Shown: positions 40,101 to 49,100 of the stretch, one piece after another
Layout of the letters: every line of letters starts with the position of its first letter
How positions within the stretch are numbered: position 1 is the stretch's first letter
Notes under the pieces: generated by a model
The model's database searches: none
Told to the model about the DNA's origin: nothing
The model's input: the letters and a program-made list of their open reading frames with translations, nothing else
From: Gemmatimonas sp.
GTDB lineage: Bacteria; Gemmatimonadota; Gemmatimonadetes; Gemmatimonadales; Gemmatimonadaceae
Direction of reading: 5' to 3'
Length of the DNA stretch: 64,000 bases
Assembly (NCBI GenBank): GCA_965279375.1
Contig: OZ257156.1
Location: forward strand, 4,160,001 to 4,224,000
Translations under genes and position numbers: made by a program

Positions 40101-41716
40101 GGGCTCAGTCGCGCGAGCGCGCGCATCGAAATGGGATCGAACTGCAGCGACGTCTCCAGCGCCGCGCGACGCGGACCAAAGCCGACGCGCGCATCGCCGC
40201 TGACACGTGAGCGATTGCCGGCGCCATCCGTCCAGACGAGCGCCATGTTGTTGATTGTCGCCGCATCGATGCTGCCGGCCGCGACGCGCATGCTGCCCGT
40301 GAGCAGGCCATCGAGCGTGGTCGGCGCACTGGGCGCAAGCGCGCGCGCCGAGCGCAAATCGACCGAGAGATCGCGCACGTTCAGATTGCGCGCCGACGCC
40401 GGTGTGCCGAACGACACCGTGCCATCGAGCGCGATCGACGAGATGGCACCGGGAATGCGCGCGTCTCGGAAGCGACCGTTGAACGCATCGATGCGAAACG
40501 CGGTAAGAGGGCCCCCCGCCTTGGCGACCAGCCTGCCGTCAAATGCTCCGCGCACTGAATCGGGAATCGAGCCATATGACAGGCGGCGCAGCAGGTCGTC
40601 CTGCATCGGCGTGAAGGCCAGGTCCACCGAGTGCAGCAGCAGTTCGGCGGGGCGCGCGACAACCGAGATGCTGCCAGTGACGTGCGAGTCCATGCTCTGC
40701 ACGTCGAGCGCGGCGAGTGCGTACTCTGTGTCGTACGGATCGGCGAGTGTCCGCATGCGCACGTCAGCCGAACCCGCGCCCGTGGTGGGCAGCACATCCC
40801 AGATCCAACCGAGATCCGAGAGTCCGGCCTTCGCCTTCACCAACACGTCGTAGCGCAACGGTCCCGGGTTGTTCCACGAGAGCACGCCGCGCGCGCTCCC
40901 CGTGGACGCGGGCAGTGCAATGCGCGGCAAATCGAGTCGCAGCGAATCCGGCGTCCAGCGGATTTCACCAGCCGCGGCGACGATGTTCACCGGCGGGTCG
41001 GAGATGGTGCCGCGCAGCGAGTCGATCTGCATCGACGATTCCGCATGCGACGGCTGCGTGATGATGCCGTCGTGCGCGTACACGCGTTCGAGCGTGATGC
41101 GGCGGCGTTCGAGCAGACCGTACGGCGTGCGCACGATGTCGTGCAGGCTATCGCGGACGGCGATAACGCTATCGCGCGCGGCGCCCTTGAAGATCGGGTG
41201 CGGCGCCCACGGCGCGGCGGTGCTGATGGCGACGTTTCGCAGCGTCAGCGCGTCGATGCGAATTTTGCTGCCGTACCCCGGTGGGCCGCCGGTGCTCGTC
41301 GTCGTATCGCCGGAGATGATGTAGGCGATGTTCCACGGGCCTGAGAAATCCTGCTTGAGGTCGAGCCGCACACCGCGCAGCGAGAGCGCACCGATGTGAA
41401 TCGCCTTGTCGAAGAGGATGCCACTCAGGCTGATCGTGCCGTCGACGCTGTCCGCGTGCACGACTGGGACGCCTGCCGTATCGAGCAGCGCCACGTTCGT
41501 CGCGGAAATGCTCGTGAAGCTGATGGAGCGCAATGCCCCGATCTTGAGCGACGCACGTCCGCCGAAGACGTTCTTTGCCTGACTCTCCACCACGCCCACC
41601 AACCAAAGCCGGCCTGCCTCGCTGTTGGTGCCGATCACGTACGCGAGCGCGACGCCGCCGACGAGCGTCGCGAGGATCCCCGCGCTCCACCAGAACCTGC
41701 GTTGCCGTGCCGTCAT
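37196..41716 (-). CDS. Translocation/assembly module TamB-like protein
   Basis: N-terminal TM anchor, ~1500 aa beta-rich body, C-terminal DUF490-like region (PTLDISA, IGGTIERP.VTLSS, SEIISLLIFG). Follows a TamA-like gene. Confidence 0.85.
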   Translation of the reverse strand: MTARQRRFWWSAGILATLVGGVALAYVIGTNSEAGRLWLVGVVESQAKNVFGGRASLKIGALRSISFTSISATNVALLDTAGVPVVHADSVDGTISLSGILFDKAIHIGALSLRGVRLDLKQDFSGPWNIAYIISGDTTTSTGGPPGYGSKIRIDALTLRNVAISTAAPWAPHPIFKGAARDSVIAVRDSLHDIVRTPYGLLERRRITLERVYAHDGIITQPSHAESSMQIDSLRGTISDPPVNIVAAAGEIRWTPDSLRLDLPRIALPASTGSARGVLSWNNPGPLRYDVLVKAKAGLSDLGWIWDVLPTTGAGSADVRMRTLADPYDTEYALAALDVQSMDSHVTGSISVVARPAELLLHSVDLAFTPMQDDLLRRLSYGSIPDSVRGAFDGRLVAKAGGPLTAFRIDAFNGRFRDARIPGAISSIALDGTVSFGTPASARNLNVRDLSVDLRSARALAPSAPTTLDGLLTGSMRVAAGSIDAATINNMALVWTDGAGNRSRVSGDARVGFGPRRAALETSLQFDPISMRALARLSPTNDSAMTLRADLAGTVHTTGTLEQLAWDAKFGAVGDGTLDLRGTASLIDATWRATVAGTVDALNARTWVGTASTPATSISGRVQVDAAGTRSKDGALALERGIGTMDLAQTQTDNRPAFDFLGSARLDTRRLTVDSATMRIGGVTVDAHGALARDSTNSDTLQVAARADTLAQVRAQLTRLAAMVEPADSASASSMRAYAADTLTGEASVAGFLVGSLQDISATLALGAREMQVGSLRLERIFGSMRAENVLTAPRFEGAATADGVDGIGAVRIASAEFKVSDANPAAGRLMVDVSSRDDAHLRIRGGFTRDSGTVDVALDSLRFSYDSVTWRNLAPIHVRSDARGTRVDSLEVRSTSQGMLGLTADVPLSGPVSALLRLDRFPIGEAATFATGSQPFDGTISGAATLGGTRDLPLLSWTIRADSLGLNGTYLPRIDSDGNYADKRLVARATIRDTLGGSVNAEARVPIDLALRSMEKRTLSDAVDAELVSDSLRLQALGLVVDGVSDARGVVSGRLAIGGTMDRPVATGTMTLDQFSARVAQLGIAPSEGRMVLRAAQDSLILETLRLRSGAAGDTLGARGGMRFAVNEPATVQLAIAANNVALARQSDGTVLDLSGNVDVRGPLKRPDVSGRLFVPNANIVFDPLGASTALDLNTDAARELLGLDEVPVAASAAQSLSRLGRFISVSNARIDMGEEVWVQTPEAKVKIAGGLAITTTGEKLALEGEITANRGQYRLDLGVVNRSFAVDSGSVRFFGTDAIAPTLDISATNVVRLSTGGEIPVRVHIGGTIERPVVTLSSSDPLFASAPESEIISLLIFGAPTFALDGQSQNTVKAVTGVLLPSIGGTFEGVLQRILPGGFNTLQVNTAGGQNKDDLSALSLLDNLSITAGKQLGTNAFLRVNTGVCRSTGTSASLWYGIAVEYRIARGLSVQAGMDPGSAPCTRLGGDPLPTRQFGFDLFREWIF

Positions 41717-41729
41717 CGTGCGCACGTCA

Positions 41730-43955
41730 TCAGAAGGCCTGGCCGAGTCCGAAGTGGAATACGAGTCGCGACAGCACACCACGCGACGACGACGGGCGAA
41801 ATGTCTCCGGGCATGAAAAAATGTCGCCCGGATCCACCGCGCTGGTGGAGACGGTGTTACCCGGGCTCGCACACTGAATGGTGCCGCTGTTGCCGTTGGA
41901 GTCGCCCTTGGTGAAGTACAGGGCGCGTCCCATACGCGGCGCGTAGGGCGAGTAGCCGATGTCCACACGGAACGGACCAACGGGCGTGCTCAATCGTAGG
42001 CCCGCACCAGGCGTGGCGCGCAAATTGGCGGTACGAAATGGCTCCGAACCGCCCTCCCACACGTTCCCCACATCGACGAACGCGGCGAACTGGAACTGCT
42101 GCGACAGAAACGGCAGCGCGCGCCGCCACTCGAGGTTCGCCACTGCCAGCGCCGTGCCCCCACGCGGCACCGCGCGATAGTCAGAGCCTGAATCCACCAC
42201 GACGATCGGCTCTCCCGACGGAGCGGTGGATGCCTTGACCTTGGTCACCGAATAGAGCAATGGGCCGAGAAGGTTCTGCTGAAATCCGCGTACCGAGTTC
42301 TGGCCGCCAGCAAACAGTCGCTCCTGCTGCGGAATCAGCGGCGAGCCGTCCACCAGCTCCGCGCCCGGGGCGAACGCACGCGCTCCCTGCGCGCGCACGG
42401 CAATCACGCCTCCGAACAGCCGCGCATACATCGCGCCCTCGCCAGACGTGCGATAGAAACGCAAGGACGACACCAACTGCGAAAACGTCTGACCAGCGCG
42501 CAGTTCGCCGCGCAATCGTGAACCGCGCGTAGGATTCGCCGCGTCGTTGGTGCGGTCGTACGCGGCCGAGCTGCTGATCAATCCGAGTCCACGTCCGAAG
42601 GCGGAGAGTACGTATTCCTCGGGGCGGCACAAGCCAAAGCGGGTGCACGATTCCAGCGGATCGGTGGTCGTCCGTCCGTTTTCGTACTGAAAGCCGCTCG
42701 ACCAGGTCAGTCGTCGGCTCACCTGCCCCGACACCTCGATCAACGAACCGATCGTGGTCTCGCGGAGATAGGCGAAGGGCTCTCCTCGGCGCTCGCTATA
42801 GATCGACAGACGCGGTGCGAGCGCGCGCCCGAACAGCTGCGAGTTGGAAAGCGTGCTGCCCACGTAGTAGTTGAGCTTCGCACTGAAGGGATCGTCGCGG
42901 AGCGCGCCCGAGCACAGCGAGGGCGCGAAGTCGGCGGGCGCGCCAATCCCGATCTTCGACGCCCGCGCCGACAGCTCGACCTTCCGCCCCACGCCCAGAA
43001 ATCCGCGATCGGTCAGGCGCAATTGCGCACGCATGCAGTCCTGCGTCGCCCAACCGATGCCGGTGCGCGCACTGCGCACCTTCGCTTCCGCAACTCCGAT
43101 CTTGAGATCGAGAGTCGAATCGTTCTTGGCATCGATCGGTGGCTCCGTGTCGATCAGCACCAGGCGAAATGCATCGGTGCGATAGAGCGCGCGTTGCGCT
43201 TCAACCAGCGAGGTCGCGCGAAACCTCTGGCCGGATCGTAACCGAATCAGACGCATCACGTCTGCGGTATCGATGCGCGGCTTGAGCGAATCCACATGTT
43301 GCACAGTGACAGTCAACGCGCCGAATCGCATGAGCCGTCCCGGCGCAAATCGCACCTCGATCGTCGCTTTTGCTGCGGCACTATCAATCGTGATCGTGTT
43401 GCTCGGGCGAGCGACGCGTGCGTAGCCCGCGTCGCGCAAGCGCTGCAGCGCGTCGGAGATGGCCGAATCCACTCGCACGCGGTCGAAGCTGCGTGTCTCG
43501 AGGTCGCGCAGCGCGATGTCGTAGGCAGGTCGTCCGGGCGCCGGTTCTGGAAGCCCCGTCGTCCGCACCGAATCGATCGTGGCGAGCGTGCCGGGCGAAA
43601 TGTCAAAATGGATGCGGAGCCCGTTGGACACCGTATCGTAGCGCGCCGCCACACTCGCGAGAAACCATCCGGCCTGCCGATGCAGCACGGCCAGCCGCAG
43701 CGCGTCGCGGCGGATTTCGAGTGTGTCCGCACACGGCAGTTGACCGATGTGCAGCAGGCGCGCGCGAAACCCCGGTCCCTGCGTCACGATCGTCGCCGCA
43801 AGGGTGGTGGCATCAAAGCGCGGGCTGCCGCTGAAACTGACCTTCTGCACACGCAACGCGGGCGCGCAGCGCGGCGCCGACTGCGCCGCGGATGCAGCCC
43901 ATGGCAGGCACAGCGCCAACAACGCGGCCGCGACGGTGCGACGGGCTCCGGTCAT
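41730..43955 (-). CDS. BamA/TamA family Omp85 protein
   Basis: POTRA-like repeats, RLFAGGQNSVRGF, FVDVGNVW, GLRLSTPVGPFRVDIGY, FHFGLGQAF. Confidence 0.92.
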   Translation of the reverse strand: MTGARRTVAAALLALCLPWAASAAQSAPRCAPALRVQKVSFSGSPRFDATTLAATIVTQGPGFRARLLHIGQLPCADTLEIRRDALRLAVLHRQAGWFLASVAARYDTVSNGLRIHFDISPGTLATIDSVRTTGLPEPAPGRPAYDIALRDLETRSFDRVRVDSAISDALQRLRDAGYARVARPSNTITIDSAAAKATIEVRFAPGRLMRFGALTVTVQHVDSLKPRIDTADVMRLIRLRSGQRFRATSLVEAQRALYRTDAFRLVLIDTEPPIDAKNDSTLDLKIGVAEAKVRSARTGIGWATQDCMRAQLRLTDRGFLGVGRKVELSARASKIGIGAPADFAPSLCSGALRDDPFSAKLNYYVGSTLSNSQLFGRALAPRLSIYSERRGEPFAYLRETTIGSLIEVSGQVSRRLTWSSGFQYENGRTTTDPLESCTRFGLCRPEEYVLSAFGRGLGLISSSAAYDRTNDAANPTRGSRLRGELRAGQTFSQLVSSLRFYRTSGEGAMYARLFGGVIAVRAQGARAFAPGAELVDGSPLIPQQERLFAGGQNSVRGFQQNLLGPLLYSVTKVKASTAPSGEPIVVVDSGSDYRAVPRGGTALAVANLEWRRALPFLSQQFQFAAFVDVGNVWEGGSEPFRTANLRATPGAGLRLSTPVGPFRVDIGYSPYAPRMGRALYFTKGDSNGNSGTIQCASPGNTVSTSAVDPGDIFSCPETFRPSSSRGVLSRLVFHFGLGQAF

Positions 43956-43997
43956 CGATATCGGGGGAGAATCATTCGCATGCGTGGGGCAATCTCA

Positions 43998-45092
43998 TCA
44001 GGGGGGCGTCTCGTCGCCATGCGACGGTGCAAGAACGCGACCACGCAGGCGCGCCGTGCGCCGTGTCTCGCCATGGGCGCAGATCCAGAGCGCGTCCGCA
44101 GGAAGCCCCGCATCGGCCCAGAGCGCCGCCGTCCGCTGCGGCGGTTCGTCCATCGGTTCGTCGGTGAGTTTGTACGTGCCCCAGTGAATGCCCAGCATCG
44201 GTGGCGGCGGCGCCGCGTGCTCTTCTCGCTGGACGCGCGCGATCGTCGTCCACGCGTCCACCGCTTCATCCGGATTCATGTGCACCCACGACATGAACCA
44301 CCGTGGCGCGTACGCGCCGATCGGAAGGAGCGTCAGATCGAAGGGGCCGAGTCGTCGCGCGATCGTTTCGAACTCGGGATGGTGCGCTGAGTCACCGGCG
44401 AAGAACACGCGGACATCATCCACCTCGAGCACCCACCCACACCACAGCGAACGATTCCGGTCGGTGAGCCCGCGACCGCTGAAGTGCTGCGCGGGAACGG
44501 CTGTGACGCGCACCGAGGCCGCGAGATCGTGCGAAGAGCCGTCCCACCAATCCAGCTCCGTGACGCGCCGCACACCGCATCGCTGCACCGCCGCCGTCAT
44601 TCCCAGCGGCACGCACCAGAGTGCGTCGGGGTTTCGCGTCGCGATGGCGCGTGTCGCGGCGACATCGAAGTGATCGTAGTGGTTGTGCGATTGCAGCACG
44701 ACGTCGATCGCCGGCAGGTCGGCGATGGCTAACGTCGGACGCACCCAGCGACCGGGCCCCGCCACTCCCAGCGGGCCAACGCGGCGAGCCCAGACGGGAT
44801 CGGTGAGGATCGTCAGCCCCGCGCACTGTACCAGTACCGTGGAGTGTCCAAGCCATGTGGCGGCAATGTCGGGTCCGAGCGAGGCACGTGTGGGAAGCTG
44901 CGGCTCCGCACGGGGGATCACGACGGCCGGACGCCCCGAGCGACGCGTACGGGCCCGCTGCGCGGCCCAGCGCAGCACGCTGCCGAGTTCACCCGGACGC
45001 CCCTTGGTGGGCCACGGGTTCTGAAAACCTCCATCCGCCCGATGATGGGCTGGGCGGTGCGATTGTCGTGACGACGGACGGTCAATAGCCAT
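43998..45092 (-). CDS. MBL-fold metallo-hydrolase (NAPE-PLD/RomA-like)
   Basis: GFQNPWP, WLGHST, SHNHYDH, PAQHFSGR, LPIGAYAPRWFM, IHWGTY.LTDEP. Confidence 0.9.
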   Translation of the reverse strand: MAIDRPSSRQSHRPAHHRADGGFQNPWPTKGRPGELGSVLRWAAQRARTRRSGRPAVVIPRAEPQLPTRASLGPDIAATWLGHSTVLVQCAGLTILTDPVWARRVGPLGVAGPGRWVRPTLAIADLPAIDVVLQSHNHYDHFDVAATRAIATRNPDALWCVPLGMTAAVQRCGVRRVTELDWWDGSSHDLAASVRVTAVPAQHFSGRGLTDRNRSLWCGWVLEVDDVRVFFAGDSAHHPEFETIARRLGPFDLTLLPIGAYAPRWFMSWVHMNPDEAVDAWTTIARVQREEHAAPPPPMLGIHWGTYKLTDEPMDEPPQRTAALWADAGLPADALWICAHGETRRTARLRGRVLAPSHGDETPP

Positions 45093-45180
45093 ACGATCCG
45101 CTCAGTGGCAGATAGGGGTGCATCGTTACCTACGTGTCTGCATCATGGGCACGCGGAGCAGCGCAGTACACCGCAGCTGC

Positions 45181-45206
45181 GGAATAAAGCCGCCCACGAG
45201 GCCGTC
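45181..45206 (+). promoter_or_regulatory. Putative ECF sigma-factor promoter
   Basis: GGAAT-N17-CGTC about 160 nt upstream of the 45367 gene cluster. Confidence 0.4.
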
Positions 45207-45366
45207 TTGCCTCTCATCAACGATCTGTGCCGGTAGCGCGTGTCCGATAGCAGGAACGTCGGCAAAAAGTCGTTCGCGCGCTGGGGCGGATATTCATTGC
45301 CCATTCATCCGTTCGCGCTAGTCTTCTGTCTGCGTCTCGATTCTCCTCGTACCCGGATTCGCTCGC

Positions 45367-46008
45367 ATGATGCCCTTCTCCGACGCCGCGCTGGCGGTGT
45401 TCGTCGCGTGGAATGCCGCTCTTGGCGGCCCGGCGCGCACTTCTGAACCGTCGCCCGTGCTTGACCCGGCGCCGGTGGTGGTGCCTGCGCTCACCGTGGC
45501 GCGCCCTGCAGGTGTCACGTTCGGGCAGCAAGCCGACGTGCCGGCCGACACGGTGGTACGCCGCGCGCGAAAGAAGGCGATCGTCTACAGCGACGCGTAT
45601 GCGACGCGCCTCACGATCCACCGTCGACTCGCGTGGGCGATGCTGCCACTGTTCGCCGCGTCGTACATCACCGGCGACAAGCTGCTCGAAGATCCGTCGG
45701 GGGCGCCTTCATGGGCCAAGAATCTGCACGGTCCGGCCGCGACTGGATCGGCGCTGCTCTTTGGCGCAAATACAGTCACGGGCTACTGGAACCTGTGGGA
45801 AGGACGTCACGATCCCAACAATCGCACGCGCAAGATTCTGCACACGGTGCTCTTCTCGGCGGCCAGCGCCGGATTCGTCTATGCCGGCACGCAGCTCGCC
45901 GACGACGCCGAGCAGAGTCAGTCCAAGCGCGAACAACACCGCAATGTGGCACTCGGCTCGATGGGCGTCTCGACGCTCAGCTGGCTGATCATGCTCATCG
46001 GCAACTAA
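45367..46008 (+). CDS. Hypothetical membrane protein, cytochrome b561-like four-His arrangement
   Basis: Four hydrophobic segments, each preceded by His (H85, H121, H159, H191). Confidence 0.6.
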   Translation: MMPFSDAALAVFVAWNAALGGPARTSEPSPVLDPAPVVVPALTVARPAGVTFGQQADVPADTVVRRARKKAIVYSDAYATRLTIHRRLAWAMLPLFAASYITGDKLLEDPSGAPSWAKNLHGPAATGSALLFGANTVTGYWNLWEGRHDPNNRTRKILHTVLFSAASAGFVYAGTQLADDAEQSQSKREQHRNVALGSMGVSTLSWLIMLIGN

Positions 46009-46018
46009 TCAGGAACGC

Positions 46019-46564
46019 ATGATCGATACCGCAGCGCTGATCGAGCAGGTCAGCACGATTGTTCAGCCGTGGGCTGACATGTATTCCAACAGCCCGACGC
46101 TCTCGACCGGCGTGATCACGGCCCACATCCTCGGCATGTTCGTTGGCGGTGGCATGGCGATCTCCGCGGATCGCGCGATCCTGCGTTCCAAGCCCGGCAC
46201 CGCCGATGCCGTCCGCGCCGTCGTGATGGACCTGTCCACGACACACTCGATCGTCATCGGCTCGCTCGCGCTCACGGTGCTCACCGGACTCGCGCTGCTG
46301 GCCTCCGACGTGGGGACTTTTGCGGTCTCACGGGTATTCTGGATCAAGATGGGGGCGTTCGCGATCCTGCTCATCAACGGCCTGCGCATGCAACGCGCGG
46401 AAAAGGCCGTCATGACAAGCCTGGACGGCGCACCGATCCGCACCGCAGAAATGCCAGTGCCCTTTCCCAAACAGGAATGGGCGGGCATTCACAGCTCGGC
46501 GTTCGTCAGCCTGGGTCTTTGGCTTCTGATCGTCGTCCTTGGCGTGGTGCTGACCAACGGGTGA
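46019..46564 (+). CDS. 4-TM membrane protein, DUF6644/DUF2214-like
   Basis: AHILG...GG...DRAIL, LTGLALL, FWIKM..N, SLGLW pattern. Confidence 0.55.
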   Translation: MIDTAALIEQVSTIVQPWADMYSNSPTLSTGVITAHILGMFVGGGMAISADRAILRSKPGTADAVRAVVMDLSTTHSIVIGSLALTVLTGLALLASDVGTFAVSRVFWIKMGAFAILLINGLRMQRAEKAVMTSLDGAPIRTAEMPVPFPKQEWAGIHSSAFVSLGLWLLIVVLGVVLTNG

Positions 46565-46605
46565 TCCGCCCGATGGTCGAACGTCTACACTCAACACCTG
46601 CGAAC

Positions 46606-47112
46606 ATGTCCGAATCCGAACACGACGCCGCCTCCGGTTGCGGTGCCGACTGTTTTGTTGGCCGCCGAGCCTTTCTGCGCGATGCGATGACCGCAGCGGC
46701 GGTGATTGCTGGCGTGTCCGCGTTGGGCCCGATGCGCCAGCTCTCCGCGATGGAGCCGCGCTCCGCGGCCGGTACGGTGAAGTATCCGATCCCCGCAGCG
46801 GACAGCGTCTCGATCGACACGACGAACGAAGTGATTCTCTGCCGCAGCGCCGGCGAGGTCTACGCGTTCGCACTGTCATGCCCGCACCAGAACACCGCGT
46901 TGCGCGCGCTGCCGGGCAGCGGCGGATTCCAGTGCTCGCGCCACAAGTCGCGCTACCAGCCCAACGGCACCTTCGTCAGCGGCAAGGCGACGCGCAACAT
47001 GGACCGCCTGCAGATCAGCCGCGCGGGTGACACGGTCGTCGTGGATCCCGAGGTGGCGTTTCTAAGCGACGAAGAGCCGGACAAGTGGAACGCCGCCAAG
47101 GTCAAGCTCTGA
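46606..47112 (+). CDS. Tat-exported Rieske [2Fe-2S] protein
   Basis: GRRAFL twin-arginine signal; CPH-x15-CSRH..Y..NG. Confidence 0.87.
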   Translation: MSESEHDAASGCGADCFVGRRAFLRDAMTAAAVIAGVSALGPMRQLSAMEPRSAAGTVKYPIPAADSVSIDTTNEVILCRSAGEVYAFALSCPHQNTALRALPGSGGFQCSRHKSRYQPNGTFVSGKATRNMDRLQISRAGDTVVVDPEVAFLSDEEPDKWNAAKVKL

Positions 47113-47146
47113 GCATTGCCAAGCCCGTCGCCATCCTGACCCCGGA

Positions 47147-47635
47147 GTGATCGTGAAGCCACTACCGCAACTGCCCGGCGCTGCTGCCGCGCGAATCGAC
47201 GACCTGCCGCCCTGCCTCGATCGCCGTGCCTTCATCGGCAACTCCACCATGCTGGCCATCGGCGCACTGCTTGCGACCGCCTGTGGCGACGGGCAGATCG
47301 GCGGCACGGTCACGGGGCCGGGCACCGTCGGCCTGTCGGTGAAGATCTCGGACTACCCGGCACTCGCCAACGTCGGCGGTATCGCCAAGCTGAATGGAAC
47401 CAGCACGCCGATCGCCGTTGTGAAGGCGACCGCGACAACCTTTCGCGCCTTCTCCATGATCTGCCCGCACGAAGGCACGGTCATCGGTATCAATGGCTCG
47501 GGCTTCCTCTGCCCCAACCACGAAGCCCGTTTCAACGGCACCGGCACGTGGCAAGGCGGCGAGCGCACCACCAATCTGAAAGAGTTCGCCGTGACCGCCG
47601 ATCTCACCGCCGGCACGCTGGCCATCAACAACTGA
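47147..47635 (+). CDS. Tat-lipoprotein Rieske [2Fe-2S] protein
   Basis: DRRAFI plus lipobox LATAC; CPHEG...CPNH..F..TG (CxH-x13-CxxH). Confidence 0.87.
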   Translation: MIVKPLPQLPGAAAARIDDLPPCLDRRAFIGNSTMLAIGALLATACGDGQIGGTVTGPGTVGLSVKISDYPALANVGGIAKLNGTSTPIAVVKATATTFRAFSMICPHEGTVIGINGSGFLCPNHEARFNGTGTWQGGERTTNLKEFAVTADLTAGTLAINN

Positions 47636-47688
47636 CCGCCAGCTCCGTCGCCGCGCAGCGTCGGCGATCGTTTTGTCGTAGCTTTTCG

Positions 47689-47726
47689 CGCGTCGCACTC
47701 CTCCGGGTGCGACGCGTTGTTCTTTC
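47689..47726 (+). terminator. Terminator-like hairpin between the Rieske cluster and the M20 peptidase
   Basis: CGCGTCGCACTC-ctcc-GGGTGCGACGCG followed by TTGTTCTTT. A weaker hairpin plus TTTT lies at 47647-47674. Confidence 0.55.
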
Positions 47727-47744
47727 CGGCCTGCCCCGATTCCG

Positions 47745-49064
47745 ATGACACCCATGCGCCGTTTCGCCTCGTCCACTCGTTTCGCCGCACTCGCCGTTGC
47801 CGCTGCCACCACGGGCTTCGCCACGACGCCTCGGGCGCTGCGCGCGCAGCAGCGTGCCATGGCCGCGCCCAGCGCCGCGCTCCCTGCGATCGCCAAGTTG
47901 CCCAGCGTGCAGCAGGCGATGGCCACGATCGAACGCGACAACGCCTGGACACTCGACCAGCAGGTGTCGCTCTGCGAGATCCCCGCGCCGCCGTTCAAGG
48001 AAGCCGCGCGCGGCCGCGCCTTTCGCGACCGACTCGTTGCGCTCGGCGTGCAAAACGTGCGCATCGACAGCGAGGGCAACGTGATCGGTGAGGTGCGTGG
48101 CGCGCGTCCCGGTCCGACGGTGCTGCTCAGCGGCCACCTCGACACCGTCTTTCCCGAAGGCACGAACGTGAAGGTCAAGCGCGAGGGCACCAAGCTCTCC
48201 GCACCGGGCATCGGCGATGACTGCCGCGGTCTGGCCGTCACGCTGGCCGTCGCTCGACAGGTGATCAGCGCGAAGGTTCCGTTCGCGGGTCGCTTGCTGG
48301 TGGTGGGCACAGTCGGCGAAGAAGGCCCGGGCAATCTGCGCGGCGTGCGTGCGATCTTCCGCAGTCCGCTCAAGGATTCCATCAACGTCTTCCTGAGCGT
48401 TGACGGCACCGGCATCGGCATCACCAACGGCGGCGTTGGCAGCAACCGCTATCGCGTCGCGTATGTCGGTCCCGGTGGACACAGCTACGGCGCGTTTGGC
48501 ATGCCCAACCCGATTCACGCCATGGGTCGCGCCATCGCCAAGATCAGCGACCTGCAGGCCACGACCACGCCCAAGGTGACGTTCAACGTGGGCCTCGTCT
48601 CCGGCGGAACGTCAGTCAACTCCATTTCTGCCGATGGCACCATGGAAGTGGACCTGCGCAGCGAGTCGGCGACAGCGCTCGCCGAGATCGACGCGCAGCT
48701 GCAGCGCGCGCTGCGCAGCGCATTGGACGAGGAGCGCGCACGTTGGCCGCAGTCCAAGGTGCCGCTCAATCTGAAGATCGACACGATCGGTATTCGCCCG
48801 GCCGGCAGCACATCCGATACGAGCTTCGTCGTGCGTACCGCGCAGGCCGCAGCGAACGTGATGAACCTCTACGCGCCGCTCACGATCTCCAGCACCGATG
48901 CCAACATCGCGATGAACCTCGGCATTCCGGCCGTCACCCTCGACGGCGGAGGCATCGGCAAGGGCGCGCACTCGCTCGACGAGTGGTACGACGATCGCAC
49001 GGACGGCTTCAAGGGGCCGCAGTGGGTGCTGCTGGTCGTCCTCGGATTGCTCGGCGCTCGCTGA
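47745..49064 (+). CDS. M20/M25/M40 family metallopeptidase, secreted
   Basis: SGHLDTVFP, PGIGDD, VGEEG, GPGGHS, STDAN, AHSLDEW. Confidence 0.9.
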   Translation: MTPMRRFASSTRFAALAVAAATTGFATTPRALRAQQRAMAAPSAALPAIAKLPSVQQAMATIERDNAWTLDQQVSLCEIPAPPFKEAARGRAFRDRLVALGVQNVRIDSEGNVIGEVRGARPGPTVLLSGHLDTVFPEGTNVKVKREGTKLSAPGIGDDCRGLAVTLAVARQVISAKVPFAGRLLVVGTVGEEGPGNLRGVRAIFRSPLKDSINVFLSVDGTGIGITNGGVGSNRYRVAYVGPGGHSYGAFGMPNPIHAMGRAIAKISDLQATTTPKVTFNVGLVSGGTSVNSISADGTMEVDLRSESATALAEIDAQLQRALRSALDEERARWPQSKVPLNLKIDTIGIRPAGSTSDTSFVVRTAQAAANVMNLYAPLTISSTDANIAMNLGIPAVTLDGGGIGKGAHSLDEWYDDRTDGFKGPQWVLLVVLGLLGAR

Positions 49065-49100
49065 CCCGCGGGCTACCCTAATGCAGCAACTCCGCGCGCA

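Noticed and set aside
37196..43955. TamA/TamB as a dedicated exporter for the adjacent PEP-CTERM protein
   Set aside because: The PEP-CTERM gene has its own sigma54 promoter and TamAB is a general module. Adjacency alone is insufficient.
46606..47635. Cytochrome bc1/b6f complex or Rieske dioxygenase
   Set aside because: No disulfide Cys pair, no petB/petC-like genes, no oxygenase catalytic domain.
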